From Campylobacterota bacterium (GTDB lineage: Bacteria > Campylobacterota > Campylobacteria > Campylobacterales > Sulfurovaceae), in the NCBI GenBank assembly GCA_034722955.1, contig JAYEOM010000013.1, positions 1-22,947 on the forward strand: a DNA stretch of 22,947 nucleotides. Direction: 5' to 3'. Both the position numbers and the translations under genes were made by a program. The notes below the pieces were generated by a model. The model was given only the letters and a program-made list of their open reading frames with translations. It searched no databases and was not told where the DNA came from. Shown here one piece after another: positions 10,490-18,367 of the stretch (its first letter is position 1; every line of letters begins with the position of its first letter).

Positions 10490-12073
10490 GTGTTCAACAT
10501 ACAAAACTACTCAAAACAAAATATTAAAAATGATCTCCTCTCGGGAGCACTTGTCGCAGTAGCTCTTATACCTGAAGCGATAGCATTTTCATTTATCGCC
10601 GGGGTCTCTCCCGTGGTGGGACTCTATGGTGCATTTATTATAGGGCTTGTGACTGCACTCATAGGTGGTAAACCCGGTATGATCTCTGGAGCTACCGGTG
10701 CTGTAGCTGTGGTTTTCGTAAGTCTCGGACTTGCTGCGAGCAAACTCCATCCTGAGCTTGGCAAAGAGGCACTCTCCATAATGATACTGCACTATATCCT
10801 GCTCACTTCCATCATAGCAGGAGTCATACAGATAGCTATCGGAATGATGAAGATGGGTAAGTTTATCCGTCTTGTACCGCAACCTGCTCTCTTTGGTTTT
10901 TTAAATGGTCTTGCTATTGTTATAGCATTGGCACAGTTTCCCTTTTTGGCACCTCAAAATGTAGAGCAGTATAGCAGTTGGATAGATATCATCCGTGCAA
11001 GTTTTTCGGAAAATTATATTATGTATATCATTGTTGGGGCTACTATGGCAACTATGTATTTTTTGCCCAAACTGACCAAAGCTGCTCCTGCAGGACTGAT
11101 CGCAATTATAGTTATCACTCTGGTTACATACTTTCTGCATATCGATACCAAAGTCGTGGGAGATTTGGCAGATCTATCCAGTGTCTCTCTACCTGTTTTT
11201 GTACTGCCTGATACGAGTCTGTTTACTTGGGATTCGATGATGGTCATCCTGCCTACTGCACTGATAGTGGCACTAGTAGGTCTCATAGAATCACTCTTGA
11301 CCCTCTCTGTACTTGATGAGATGAGTGGCAAGCGTGGCTCTGGAAATCAGGAGTGTGTAGCACTAGGTACAGCCAATATGACCTCTGGACTATTTGGAGG
11401 CATGGCAGGGTGTGCGATGATCGGTCAAAGTATTATCAACTTTACATCAGGTGGTCTTGGAAGACTCTCCTCATTTACTGCAGCGGTAATACTCATCATC
11501 CTTGTGGTAAGCTTCTCTGGAGTTATCGCGGTTATCCCCGTTGCGATACTTGTAGGTATTATGTTTATGGTGAGTATCGGTACATTTGAATTCTCTTCGA
11601 TCAAGCGTATCAAGCATATGCCTCGCTCAGATGCATTTGTACTGGTGACTGTGACTATCATCACTGTATTTGAAGACCTTGCTATCGCTGTGATAGCTGG
11701 TATCATCATCTCTGCATTGGTCTTTGCCTGGGAACATGCAAAGATATTTTCTCATACGCATACAGATGAAAAAGGACGAAAGATATATGAACTCGATGGA
11801 CCTCTATTTTTTGCCTCTGTGACCTCCTTCAATGAGCAGTTCGATGCAGAGAATGATCCTGAAGAGGTAGTGATAGACTTCAAGGATGCGAGAGTTATGG
11901 ATAGTTCAGGAGCAGAAGCCATCGATACTATTACGGACAAATATAAAAAATATGGTAAAAAACTTACCCTCAGGCATCTCTCTGAGGATTGCAAAAAGAC
12001 ACTCAAATCAGCTGGTCCTTTCTGTACTTACGAAGAGGATGACCCCACCTATATAGTAGCAGTCAACTATTAA
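10490..12073 (+). CDS. sulP: SulP/SLC26 family inorganic anion transporter with C-terminal STAS domain
   Basis: ALIPEAIAF, PGMISGATGA and GGMAGCAMIGQS motifs; STAS motifs GPLFFAS and VVIDF..ARVMDSSG. Substrate (sulfate or bicarbonate) cannot be determined from sequence. Confidence 0.93.
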   Translation: MFNIQNYSKQNIKNDLLSGALVAVALIPEAIAFSFIAGVSPVVGLYGAFIIGLVTALIGGKPGMISGATGAVAVVFVSLGLAASKLHPELGKEALSIMILHYILLTSIIAGVIQIAIGMMKMGKFIRLVPQPALFGFLNGLAIVIALAQFPFLAPQNVEQYSSWIDIIRASFSENYIMYIIVGATMATMYFLPKLTKAAPAGLIAIIVITLVTYFLHIDTKVVGDLADLSSVSLPVFVLPDTSLFTWDSMMVILPTALIVALVGLIESLLTLSVLDEMSGKRGSGNQECVALGTANMTSGLFGGMAGCAMIGQSIINFTSGGLGRLSSFTAAVILIILVVSFSGVIAVIPVAILVGIMFMVSIGTFEFSSIKRIKHMPRSDAFVLVTVTIITVFEDLAIAVIAGIIISALVFAWEHAKIFSHTHTDEKGRKIYELDGPLFFASVTSFNEQFDAENDPEEVVIDFKDARVMDSSGAEAIDTITDKYKKYGKKLTLRHLSEDCKKTLKSAGPFCTYEEDDPTYIVAVNY

Positions 12074-12163
12074 ATGAGCTTTCTGTCAATCTTGAAGTGT
12101 AGCTTTAATCACACAGGATGATTATGGTAAGATATCAGATCTAAATCAGGGGATAATACAATC

Positions 12164-13075
12164 ATGAGAAATATCTTATTGGCACTGCTGTTAACTATAG
12201 GTTTAACTGCAAGTGAAGTAGAGATCGATGAACGAACTACATTTGAGAAGATCACATTCAAGAGCAAAACACCTCTCACCCAAGAGGAGTTGGAGAGAAG
12301 AGTCATCTATACAAATATAGCAGCTAGTGGTTTAGCTCTAGCTTGGGGAACAGCCTTTTGGGACTACTTTAGTATATCTCCTGTAACTGCTGAGGAGGGT
12401 TGGTTTGCAGAAGATACCAAGTATGGAGGGGCAGATAAAGTTGGTCATATATACTCCACATATATCTTCTCTTTGGGTTTTTCGACACTCTATGAGTATT
12501 GGGGCTTAGAGGAGGAGAAGTCGATGGTCTATGGTCCACTCAGTGCTTGGATCTTCCAAGCGATGATGGAGGCAGGAGATTCGTTTAGCGAAACACAGGG
12601 CTTCTCATACGAAGATATAGTGATGAATACAGTAGGTGCTCTCTTTTACTATGTCCGAGAGAAGTATCCTGAAGTCAAAAATAAACTTGATCTTCGTATG
12701 GAGTATCTACCGGCATTTAGAGATGGTGACGAGGATATCTTCACGCAATACAACAACAAAAAGTATCTTTTGGCTCTCAAGCTTAGCGGCTTCAAGAGTA
12801 TGGAATCAACTATCTTGAAATATGGAGAGTTTCATCTAGGGTACTATACACGAGGCTATAAAAACAGTGATGAGTATACACAAAAAGAGCGTATTGCTTA
12901 TGTAGGCATAGGTATCAATGTAGCTGAAGTACTCAAAACTATGGGATGGTCAAGAACTAGTAAAATATTCAACTATCTTCAGTTGCCATACACCTCTGTA
13001 CCTTTTGGCTACGACTACAATTCACAAGAGTATGTTGCTCCATACTCCAGACCTTATCACGGCTACCATAATTAA
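12164..13075 (+). CDS. DUF2279/YfiM-like exported protein
   Basis: Signal peptide; GGADKVGH and E.GDSFS...GFSYED...N..G motifs, with a beta-strand-rich C-terminal half. Confidence 0.7.
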   Translation: MRNILLALLLTIGLTASEVEIDERTTFEKITFKSKTPLTQEELERRVIYTNIAASGLALAWGTAFWDYFSISPVTAEEGWFAEDTKYGGADKVGHIYSTYIFSLGFSTLYEYWGLEEEKSMVYGPLSAWIFQAMMEAGDSFSETQGFSYEDIVMNTVGALFYYVREKYPEVKNKLDLRMEYLPAFRDGDEDIFTQYNNKKYLLALKLSGFKSMESTILKYGEFHLGYYTRGYKNSDEYTQKERIAYVGIGINVAEVLKTMGWSRTSKIFNYLQLPYTSVPFGYDYNSQEYVAPYSRPYHGYHN

Positions 13076-13088
13076 CCCGAATCAACTA

Positions 13089-13817
13089 TCAATACTTGAT
13101 TTTTATGAAGGTGTTCTTCTTTCCATACTTTGCTACAAGATGATAGAGTTTTTTTGCATTCTTTGGATGGAGTCGAACACAACCATGTGAAGCTCTTCTT
13201 CCGAGTCTTCCTGTGGAGTTGGTACCGTGAATAGCATAATTACCATTGTAAAAGACAGAGTATGGCATAGGTGAATTATTGTATAGTCTAGAGTAGTGCA
13301 TCTTTTCGATAAATTGAGGTTGATAGTTACCAACCGGTGTCACATAACCTCTCCTAGCTGTAGATACAAGCCAAGTATAGATCAATTTGTCACCTCTATA
13401 AACCCTCATTTTTTGCTGAGAGAGATCAACTTGTGCAGTGATACGCCTCTCTTTTGCTCTTTTTACCGCTGCAACTCTCTTCACTCTTAACTTCTTTTGC
13501 TCTAGTCGCAACACTTCGAGTCTCTCTCTGTTCTTTTTCTCTCTTTGAAGTGCTATCTTTTCATCTATTAACCTCTGCTCCTCATCTGCCAAATATTTTG
13601 CAAGTGCAATAGCCTCTAGCCTTCTCTGCTCTTCTGCTTTGACCATCTCTATCCTATGGTTCTCTTCAGATAGCATATCAAATATATCTTGTTGCTCTTT
13701 ATCAATCTGATCAAACTGTTTCAGGATCAAACTCTCTCTTGCTGTGGGGGCATATATATTGGAGAGAAGCATAGTGGAGAGTATAATAAATATAGATAAT
13801 CTCTTGTATAGATACAT
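13089..13817 (-). CDS. L,D-transpeptidase (YkuD domain) with N-terminal coiled coil
   Basis: VDLSQQKM, VSTA...TPVG and YAIHGT...LGRRASHGCVRL catalytic motif. N-terminal signal or anchor. Confidence 0.92.
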   Translation of the reverse strand: MYLYKRLSIFIILSTMLLSNIYAPTARESLILKQFDQIDKEQQDIFDMLSEENHRIEMVKAEEQRRLEAIALAKYLADEEQRLIDEKIALQREKKNRERLEVLRLEQKKLRVKRVAAVKRAKERRITAQVDLSQQKMRVYRGDKLIYTWLVSTARRGYVTPVGNYQPQFIEKMHYSRLYNNSPMPYSVFYNGNYAIHGTNSTGRLGRRASHGCVRLHPKNAKKLYHLVAKYGKKNTFIKIKY

Positions 13818-13887
13818 AATTACGATTTACCCCTTTACAGTTAGTATTATATTAATTGATATGATACTATATTTTTACTGAAACTCT

Positions 13888-15249
13888 CTACAGCATTATT
13901 CCAATATCTTGAATAATCTTATCTACCACTCTAGCTCCTTTGGGCAAATCTATCTTTGACTTTTCAAATGCAAAGCTCTTATCTGAGATGGGAAGATTTC
14001 CTTTTTTAAGGATGCGGATATTACTCTCTCTGTCTCTGATGGTTATGACTTGGTTGGCATTGATGATATGTGGGGAGAATGGGATGTCGATATAGCCTTT
14101 TTTGATAGAGTTAAATACTTGTCTCCATAGCGTATCTGCTCCATCGTTAAATACAGCTTCTAGTATCTCATTGACCTCGTTAGTGAGGTTCTCCTCCTCT
14201 TCAGGATCGCCTACTTTTGGCAATCCTTTGAGCATACCTAGGGTATATTTGACATTGGCTACGGCTAGGGCATTTGCCTCTTTAGTAGGGATACCGAAGG
14301 CTTCGTTACGGGTCTTTGTGATGATCTTATCTGCTCCTACCATCGCTGCTATGACAGTGGAGGTGTTGATGAGAGAGTCAGAGTACTCTCTGTTGTACGG
14401 GAATGCACCCATCCATTGGTGGTAGACTAGATTGACGGTCGCATCTTCATGTCCAAACTTGTCTGCGTAGTGACGGGCTAACTTTTTGATGACATTGGAG
14501 GAGACTATATCTTGGATCATAGATCCTGTTTGTGAAAAGCTCACAGAGAATGACTTAACCCCCTCTTCTAGTGAGAGTAGCATCTCTAGGAGCTGTATGA
14601 CGATGACTATGGCTGGTGGTTGCAGTGTAGCTGAGAGTGGTCCAAATGATTCACGGTTGATCGGTTCATTTAGCTGGGAGTAGGAGGCACAGACTCTCTC
14701 TACATATTTCCAGTACAAAAATGCTTTATCCATAGGGAAGTTTTTGGAGTATGGGAGTAGATAGGTGATAGGTCCACCCTCTATCTCAAATATACCAGAA
14801 GCTAGTGCCACCTCTACCAAAAGTCTTGCATCTGGAGTACCATGACGCAGACTCACAGGGGTGTTGTAGTGTGTGATCATCTTGCGTGTGGTACGGTAAC
14901 CATGATTTACGAGTGGATAGCCATTGAGCATATCTGTATCGTTCTCTTCTGAGAGAGCCAACATCTTTTTGGCTGTGGCGTAGTCGTTGAGTCTGGTGTT
15001 GGAGTCGATGGTGAGTGGCAGGACATCGACATTGGCATCTTTGAACTCTTTGTAGAGTTGGAAAACTTTATCGTAAGTAGGGAAACCGCCACGAGGCTGC
15101 ACAAGTATCTCGCTAGAGTTCTTGAACCGATGAGAGATAAAGAGATCTTTACTAGCTCCAGCGATGAACTCTCGCACTTCATCAAAATCAAACCTATCTA
15201 TATACTCATTGCGAACGATGATCTCTCGTTCTCTTTGGAGTAGATTCAT
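13888..15249 (-). CDS. glmE: Glutamate (methylaspartate) mutase epsilon subunit
   Basis: QPRGG, PLTIDSNTR, LNGYPLVNHG, LRHGTPDAR, EGGPITYLLPY, INRESFGPL, YHQWMGAFP and IDIPFSP. Residues equivalent to the arginine claw, the catalytic Glu and the two Tyr of clostridial GlmE appear retained. Confidence 0.9.
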   Translation of the reverse strand: MNLLQREREIIVRNEYIDRFDFDEVREFIAGASKDLFISHRFKNSSEILVQPRGGFPTYDKVFQLYKEFKDANVDVLPLTIDSNTRLNDYATAKKMLALSEENDTDMLNGYPLVNHGYRTTRKMITHYNTPVSLRHGTPDARLLVEVALASGIFEIEGGPITYLLPYSKNFPMDKAFLYWKYVERVCASYSQLNEPINRESFGPLSATLQPPAIVIVIQLLEMLLSLEEGVKSFSVSFSQTGSMIQDIVSSNVIKKLARHYADKFGHEDATVNLVYHQWMGAFPYNREYSDSLINTSTVIAAMVGADKIITKTRNEAFGIPTKEANALAVANVKYTLGMLKGLPKVGDPEEEENLTNEVNEILEAVFNDGADTLWRQVFNSIKKGYIDIPFSPHIINANQVITIRDRESNIRILKKGNLPISDKSFAFEKSKIDLPKGARVVDKIIQDIGIML

Positions 15250-15656
15250 CTTCGCTCCTTTAGCAGTGCTTCGAGCTGGTCAATACCCTCGTTGAGATCT
15301 ACCTGATGAAACACTAGGTCAAATCCATAACTCTCAAATCTAGGTACTATCTCCTCAGCAGTCACTTCACCTACTACTAGATTGCCCCCTATCATAAATA
15401 CCACATCATGAAAATCATACTGATCTTTTAGAATACGCAGATCACGACACCACCCCTCAGCTTCTCCATTGAGTGATGAGATCAACAACACATCTGCATC
15501 TGTCTCGATCACTGCATCCATAAACTCTTCTAGGTAAGTATTGACTCCTAGATTGAAAACTTCAAAACCACGCTCTTCAAGAGAAATATCTATCAGTCTA
15601 TTGGCAACCACATGAATGTCATTGCCCACTACCCCTGTCACTACTTTCATCATCAA
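15246..15656 (-). CDS. mamA: Glutamate (methylaspartate) mutase sigma subunit, cobalamin-binding (start may be ATG 15653 or 15650)
   Basis: B12-binding motifs GNDIHVVAN (DxHxxG variant), ISSLNG and IGGNLVVG. 4-bp overlap with the epsilon subunit gene. Confidence 0.9.
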   Translation of the reverse strand: MMMKVVTGVVGNDIHVVANRLIDISLEERGFEVFNLGVNTYLEEFMDAVIETDADVLLISSLNGEAEGWCRDLRILKDQYDFHDVVFMIGGNLVVGEVTAEEIVPRFESYGFDLVFHQVDLNEGIDQLEALLKERR

Positions 15657-15684
15657 ACTACTTTGTTTTAATTATTGCAATGAT

Positions 15685-15693
15685 ATTTTATCA
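15685..15693 (-). promoter_or_regulatory. Extended -10 promoter (TGATAAAAT) for the mutase operon
   Basis: Consensus-like box about 30 bp upstream of the start. Confidence 0.45.
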
Positions 15694-15791
15694 AAGTTTG
15701 GTATAGGATTTGATTATAGAGAGCCTCTGATAACCTTATGATAGTAAAATACAAGAACTCTTTGAGTATAATATTATATAAAAATACCATA

Positions 15792-15844
15792 AGGCTACCC
15801 AACGAAATAAACACCCAAATAGCTTTCTTTTGTTGGAGTAGCCT
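15792..15844 (+). promoter_or_regulatory. Long stem-loop in the putative 5' UTR of the RraA-family gene
   Basis: AGGCTAC-CCAAC-GAAA pairs with TTTT-GTTGG-(A)-GTAGCCT. It lies between TATAAT (15767-15772) and the AAGGG RBS. Confidence 0.55.
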
Positions 15845-15860
15845 AAACTGAAGGGAAAAG

Positions 15861-16346
15861 ATGGAGTATATTACCGCAGATACATGTGATGAGCATCGAG
15901 ATGAAGCTCAAGTGCTTTCTCATGATTACAAATCATACGGAGGTATAGAGAACTGTTGTGGTCCTATCGCCACTATCAAGCTCGATGAGGAGAATAGTGA
16001 CTTGATCACAATGCTCAAAGAGCCAGGACTTGGACGCATCGCTGTTGTAGATGTAGGTGCTGCTTACTATGCAGTAGTCGGAGAAAATCTGATGAAATTT
16101 GCACGAGACAATGGATGGGTAGGTATCCTCATCAACGGATATGTACGAGATACCAAAATCACCAAAACTATCCCTGTAGGACTCTGGGCACTAGGTACTT
16201 GCTCGCGAAAAAGCCATGACAAAAAACCGGCTCAGAGAGATATAGAACTCACCTTTGGTGGTGTTATCTTCAACAATGATGAGTATCTTATGGGAGATCA
16301 CGATGGGATTATAGTGATATCCAAGGAGCTTCTAGGGGTGCCGTAG
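15861..16346 (+). CDS. rraA: RraA-family protein (putative HMG aldolase / oxaloacetate decarboxylase)
   Basis: 161 aa. TADTCD, YGG, G.GRIAVVD, AVVGENL, NGWVGILINGYVRD and GDHDGIIV motifs. Confidence 0.88.
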   Translation: MEYITADTCDEHRDEAQVLSHDYKSYGGIENCCGPIATIKLDEENSDLITMLKEPGLGRIAVVDVGAAYYAVVGENLMKFARDNGWVGILINGYVRDTKITKTIPVGLWALGTCSRKSHDKKPAQRDIELTFGGVIFNNDEYLMGDHDGIIVISKELLGVP

Positions 16347-16400
16347 ACAACCTTTCTCATATCCAAAATATATGAGACAAATAGCATAAAAGAGTAAAAA

Positions 16401-17456
16401 ATGATAAAAAAAACTATCTATCGGCGTATTGTGACGCTCATACTGATACTCATATCAATGATACTATTTTTGCTCATCATGTACAATGAAAACCCCATCA
16501 AAAATGGAAAAGAGACTCTCTACATATCTGGCTCCTCTATAGATGAAATCTCCAAATCTTTAGGGGATCATGGATATGAAGTCAATATCTTTGATCGTTT
16601 TCTATTGAATTTTGTAAACCTCCCCAAAGAGGGGTGGTATAGATTGGATAAGCCCGAAATGGGACGCTACTTTTTTTTTAAAAATCTACACAAAAAAGAG
16701 TCCAAAACTATCAGTATCAAGATATTTGCCGGTGAGACAACCAACGAGATGCTCTACCGTATATCAAGAGATATGATGCTAAACAAGACAAAACTAGAGG
16801 AGATTTATCGAGAGTACGCCCGTTTCAGAGAGGGAAATATCCTATCAGGCAGATATACCCTCTCACGATCTAGCAACGAAGAGACTGTGATGAGATATCT
16901 CTTGGATAACTCAAATACACAACTAGATATATTTGCCAAGGAGCAGTTCTGCAATGACCTCAATGCTACTCAACTAAGAGAAGCACTCATCATAGCATCA
17001 ATCATCCAAAAAGAGAGTAATGACAAAACAGAGATGTCATCCATCTCCTCTGTCATACACAATAGACTCAAAAAAAATATGCGACTACAGATGGATGGTA
17101 CACTCAACTATGGGGAATATGCCCGCACCATAGTCACCCCAGAACGGATCAAAAATGATAAAAGCCGTTTCAATACCTATAAGCACAAGGGTCTACCGCC
17201 TACTCCTCTAAGCGTCGTATCCATCGAAGCCCTCAAAGCGGCAACCACCCCTATGCAGAGTGAGTATCTATTTTTTATGCTCAACAAAAATGGAAAACAC
17301 GATTTTGCAGAGAGCTACAAAGAGCATCTAAAAAATGTCAAAGTTTTCAAGGCTTACTGTAGAGAACGAGATGAGAAAAAGAGTCTCGAAAAAGAAAAAA
17401 GAGAGATCAAAGTGAGAGAGAGTAATAAGTCATTATTGATTTTAGATGAGGATTAG
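16401..17456 (+). CDS. mltG: Endolytic transglycosylase MltG (YceG family)
   Basis: N-terminal TM anchor; IASIIQKES, VIHNRLKKNMRLQMDGTLNY, FNTYKHKGLPPTP and YLFF motifs. Confidence 0.93.
   Translation: MIKKTIYRRIVTLILILISMILFLLIMYNENPIKNGKETLYISGSSIDEISKSLGDHGYEVNIFDRFLLNFVNLPKEGWYRLDKPEMGRYFFFKNLHKKESKTISIKIFAGETTNEMLYRISRDMMLNKTKLEEIYREYARFREGNILSGRYTLSRSSNEETVMRYLLDNSNTQLDIFAKEQFCNDLNATQLREALIIASIIQKESNDKTEMSSISSVIHNRLKKNMRLQMDGTLNYGEYARTIVTPERIKNDKSRFNTYKHKGLPPTPLSVVSIEALKAATTPMQSEYLFFMLNKNGKHDFAESYKEHLKNVKVFKAYCRERDEKKSLEKEKREIKVRESNKSLLILDED
17390..17456 (+). repeat. Direct repeat A (mltG 3' end), duplicated at 19677-19743
   Basis: Ungapped manual alignment gives 60/67 identical bases at an offset of 2287 bp. 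Confidence 0.92.
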
Positions 17457-17483
17457 TTTATACTTTCACCCATTTGTACTATT

Positions 17484-17548
17484 CAAGGGCTTGCCCCTAC
17501 AATGTGCAGTAGTTCATAGGGGTATCCCCCTTTCCCTTGTGGGTACCC
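17484..17548. repeat. Degenerate pair of oppositely oriented GTAG-type REP sequences
   Basis: CAAGGGCTTGCCCCTAC (reverse complement GTAGGGGCAAGCCCTTG), then ATAGGGGTATCCCC-ctttcc-CTTGTGGGTACCC. GC-rich patch in AT-rich DNA. Confidence 0.6.
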
Positions 17549-17753
17549 AAAATATTGGATTTTATTTAATTAGCATCCCTTAAGACACTAGGGGGTGATT
17601 CACGATTCATTGCTAATAAAACCTAAAAAAAAGAAATGAGTGACCCACGAAATTTTAAGACTCAACCAGCTAAAATGCAGTAAGAACAAAAAGAAGTTAG
17701 CAAACTCTCTGAGGGTCATCGTCCCTTAGGCGTTATCATCAAGAAAGGTCTTT

Positions 17754-18137
17754 ATGAACATAAAAACAATTTTATTGGTAACCATAAGCATCCTAGCTAC
17801 CAATGCAGTAACCTATAACCTAGCATACCAGCAGGCTGAACATGATACATTTTTGGCAAATGTAGCAGTTGATATTATGAGACTTAAAATGTACAATGAT
17901 ACAGGTGTATGTGACGACACTATAACATTAAATATTGAAGGTTTGTATATTGAAGCAGCTAATAGTGACAACATGGACAAGTTCTCATCAATTTGCAAAG
18001 TCTTTAAGAAAAAGTACTTTGATTTAGTAGATGATTTATTAGAAAAAAACTCACTAATAATCCTCAATGAAGAACTACATGGAGAGATAGAACTCGGAAA
18101 AAAGAAAATTAAAAAGTTGTGTAATATATCAGACTAG
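17754..18137 (+). CDS. Hypothetical exported or membrane-anchored protein (127 aa)
   Basis: AAAGG RBS, hydrophobic N-terminus, visibly more AT-rich than flanking genes, no recognised motif. Confidence 0.7.
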   Translation: MNIKTILLVTISILATNAVTYNLAYQQAEHDTFLANVAVDIMRLKMYNDTGVCDDTITLNIEGLYIEAANSDNMDKFSSICKVFKKKYFDLVDDLLEKNSLIILNEELHGEIELGKKKIKKLCNISD

Positions 18138-18196
18138 TATCTTTATTTCTTACTCCTAAAAATTATACCATACATTAAGTATAATCTTCTAAAATC

Positions 18197-18262
18197 TAGA
18201 CTATCACTCGCACCTCTGCCATTCAATCACCATTTTTCATATTTTGATATTTGACAAATTTC
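18197..18262 (+). repeat. Direct repeat B' (copy of lemA upstream region 19741-19806)
   Basis: Ungapped manual alignment gives 59/66 identical bases at an offset of 1544 bp. The copy ends just before the lemA TATAAT box. Confidence 0.92.
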
Positions 18263-18367
18263 GCTTGTTCTCATCCGTCCGTGAGTGTTAATGTTGACTC
18301 TTTTTGTAGTTTTGAGATAGAACCGTCTGAGAAGTATAGGGTTTTTGTTGTTGTGGAATCTGTGGTT

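Larger units (their letters stand above)
17457..18199. mobile_element. 743-bp non-autonomous insert at the mltG stop codon, bounded by a duplicated TAG
   Basis: Comparison with the uninterrupted copy (GGAT-TAG-ACTA at 19737-19747) shows GGAT-TAG-[insert]-TAG-ACTA. No transposase and no clear terminal inverted repeats. Confidence 0.6.

Noticed and set aside
15657..15790. Cobalamin riboswitch upstream of the B12-dependent mutase
   Set aside because: The region is very AT-rich, has no B12-box-like motif, and the likely promoter leaves only a short leader.
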